Origin: an uncultured Bacilli bacterium
GTDB taxonomy: Bacteria > Bacillota_I > Bacilli_A > RF39 > UBA660
Reading direction: 5' to 3'
Assembly: GCA_947595045.1 (NCBI GenBank)
Contig: CANQEN010000001.1
Location: 1-57,149, forward strand
DNA length: 57,149 nucleotides
Every line of letters begins with the position of its first letter. Position 1 is the stretch's first letter. The position numbers were made by a program, and so were the translations under genes. Below are positions 56,704-57,149 of this stretch, piece after piece. Below the pieces are notes generated by a model. The model was not told where the DNA came from and ran no database searches. It saw only the letters and a list, made by a program, of their open reading frames with translations.

Positions 56704-57060
56704 ATGGCTTATAGAAAGTTAGGACGAACTAACAAGCATCGGAAAAGTATGTTATCGAATTTGACTAAAGAAGTTTTAAATAATGGGAAAATTATAACAA
56801 CAGAAACTAGAGCGAAAGAAGTTCGTAAATTTGTTGATAAAATGATTTCTTATGCAAAAGATGGTTCTTTAGTGGCTAGAAGAAATGCGTTAGCATTCTT
56901 ACGAAATGATAAGGAAACAGTAAAGAAATTATTTGATGAGATAGCACCAAAATACGCTAAAAGGGCTGGTGGCTATACTAGAATATTAAAGTTAAAAGAG
57001 CGTAGAGGCGATGATGCTTTAATGGTTGTTTTAGAATTAGTAGAAGAAGATGCCGAATAG
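56704..57060 (+). CDS. rplQ: 50S ribosomal protein L17
   Basis: [17 protein letters not shown].., [13 protein letters not shown]. Confidence 0.97.
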   Translation: MAYRKLGRTNKHRKSMLSNLTKEVLNNGKIITTETRAKEVRKFVDKMISYAKDGSLVARRNALAFLRNDKETVKKLFDEIAPKYAKRAGGYTRILKLKERRGDDALMVVLELVEEDAE

Positions 57061-57070
57061 GCATTTTTTT
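57050..57070 (+). terminator. Candidate terminator after rplQ
   Basis: ATGCC (57050-57054), loop GAATA, GGCAT (57060-57064), then T7. The stem is short, so confidence is moderate. Confidence 0.45.
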
Positions 57071-57149
57071 AAATAAAGAAAAAAAGTATATACAAAAAAA
57101 GAAGTAAATGATATAATGAAACAGAAAAAATAAAAGAAGGAAGGGAAGA

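Noticed and set aside
1-57149. CRISPR arrays, tRNA or rRNA genes, riboswitches (e.g. yybP-ykoY before mntP), or retron/DGR-type elements.
   Set aside because: I saw no regularly spaced direct repeats, no tRNA-like T-arm or acceptor patterns, and no reverse transcriptase. The mntP upstream gap is only 37 nt. A covariance-model scan (Infernal, tRNAscan-SE) would be the decisive check.

Overview
This is a very AT-rich Bacillota (Firmicutes)-type chromosomal segment with nearly all core genes on the + strand. TGA is used as a stop codon. I found no rRNA, tRNA or CRISPR array. Content from left to right:

- 1-1363: a decayed integrative-element remnant (frameshifted sigma-like HTH gene, 5'-truncated integrase with an in-frame stop, repeated att-like motif).
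- 1393-6441: uvrB, a yvlD-like membrane protein, lgt, yvcK and whiA.
- 6438-7937: a counter-oriented orphan gene.
- 8062-14039: a short DHH phosphoesterase, rplI, dnaB, an M23 peptidase, a yycJ-like MBL hydrolase and rlmH.
- 14197-14310: an IS remnant.
- 14422-22614: spoIIR, mntP, fba, murA, two membrane proteins, rpmE, a DUF421 protein, a membrane-anchored thermonuclease and typA.
- 23065-25685: parA, parB, mscS and a DUF951 protein.
- 25694-30839: accessory insertion 1 (an AbgT transporter, a two-gene orphan operon, and a divergent LysR regulator).
- 30893-31993: ychF.
- 32036-39773: accessory insertion 2 (three small unknown genes, an IS1634-like transposase stub, and a 1,798-aa giant ORF).
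- 39886-42299: rpsF, ssb, rpsR, gpsA and a small orphan.
- 42959-57060: a 29-gene S10-spc-alpha cluster (rpsJ to rplQ) that lacks rpmD.

The stand-out candidate for a new system is the giant ORF at 34377-39773. It has an N-terminal helical region, seven tandem 62-76-aa repeats arranged in a ~640-nt higher-order repeat, a ~490-aa central region with no motif I recognise, and a C-terminal Pol-beta-type nucleotidyltransferase. That domain carries a GS-x-G-R-G-T-x6-D-x-D signature of the OAS / cGAS / class-I CCA-adding type. All functional calls rest on motif recognition by eye. No database search was run.
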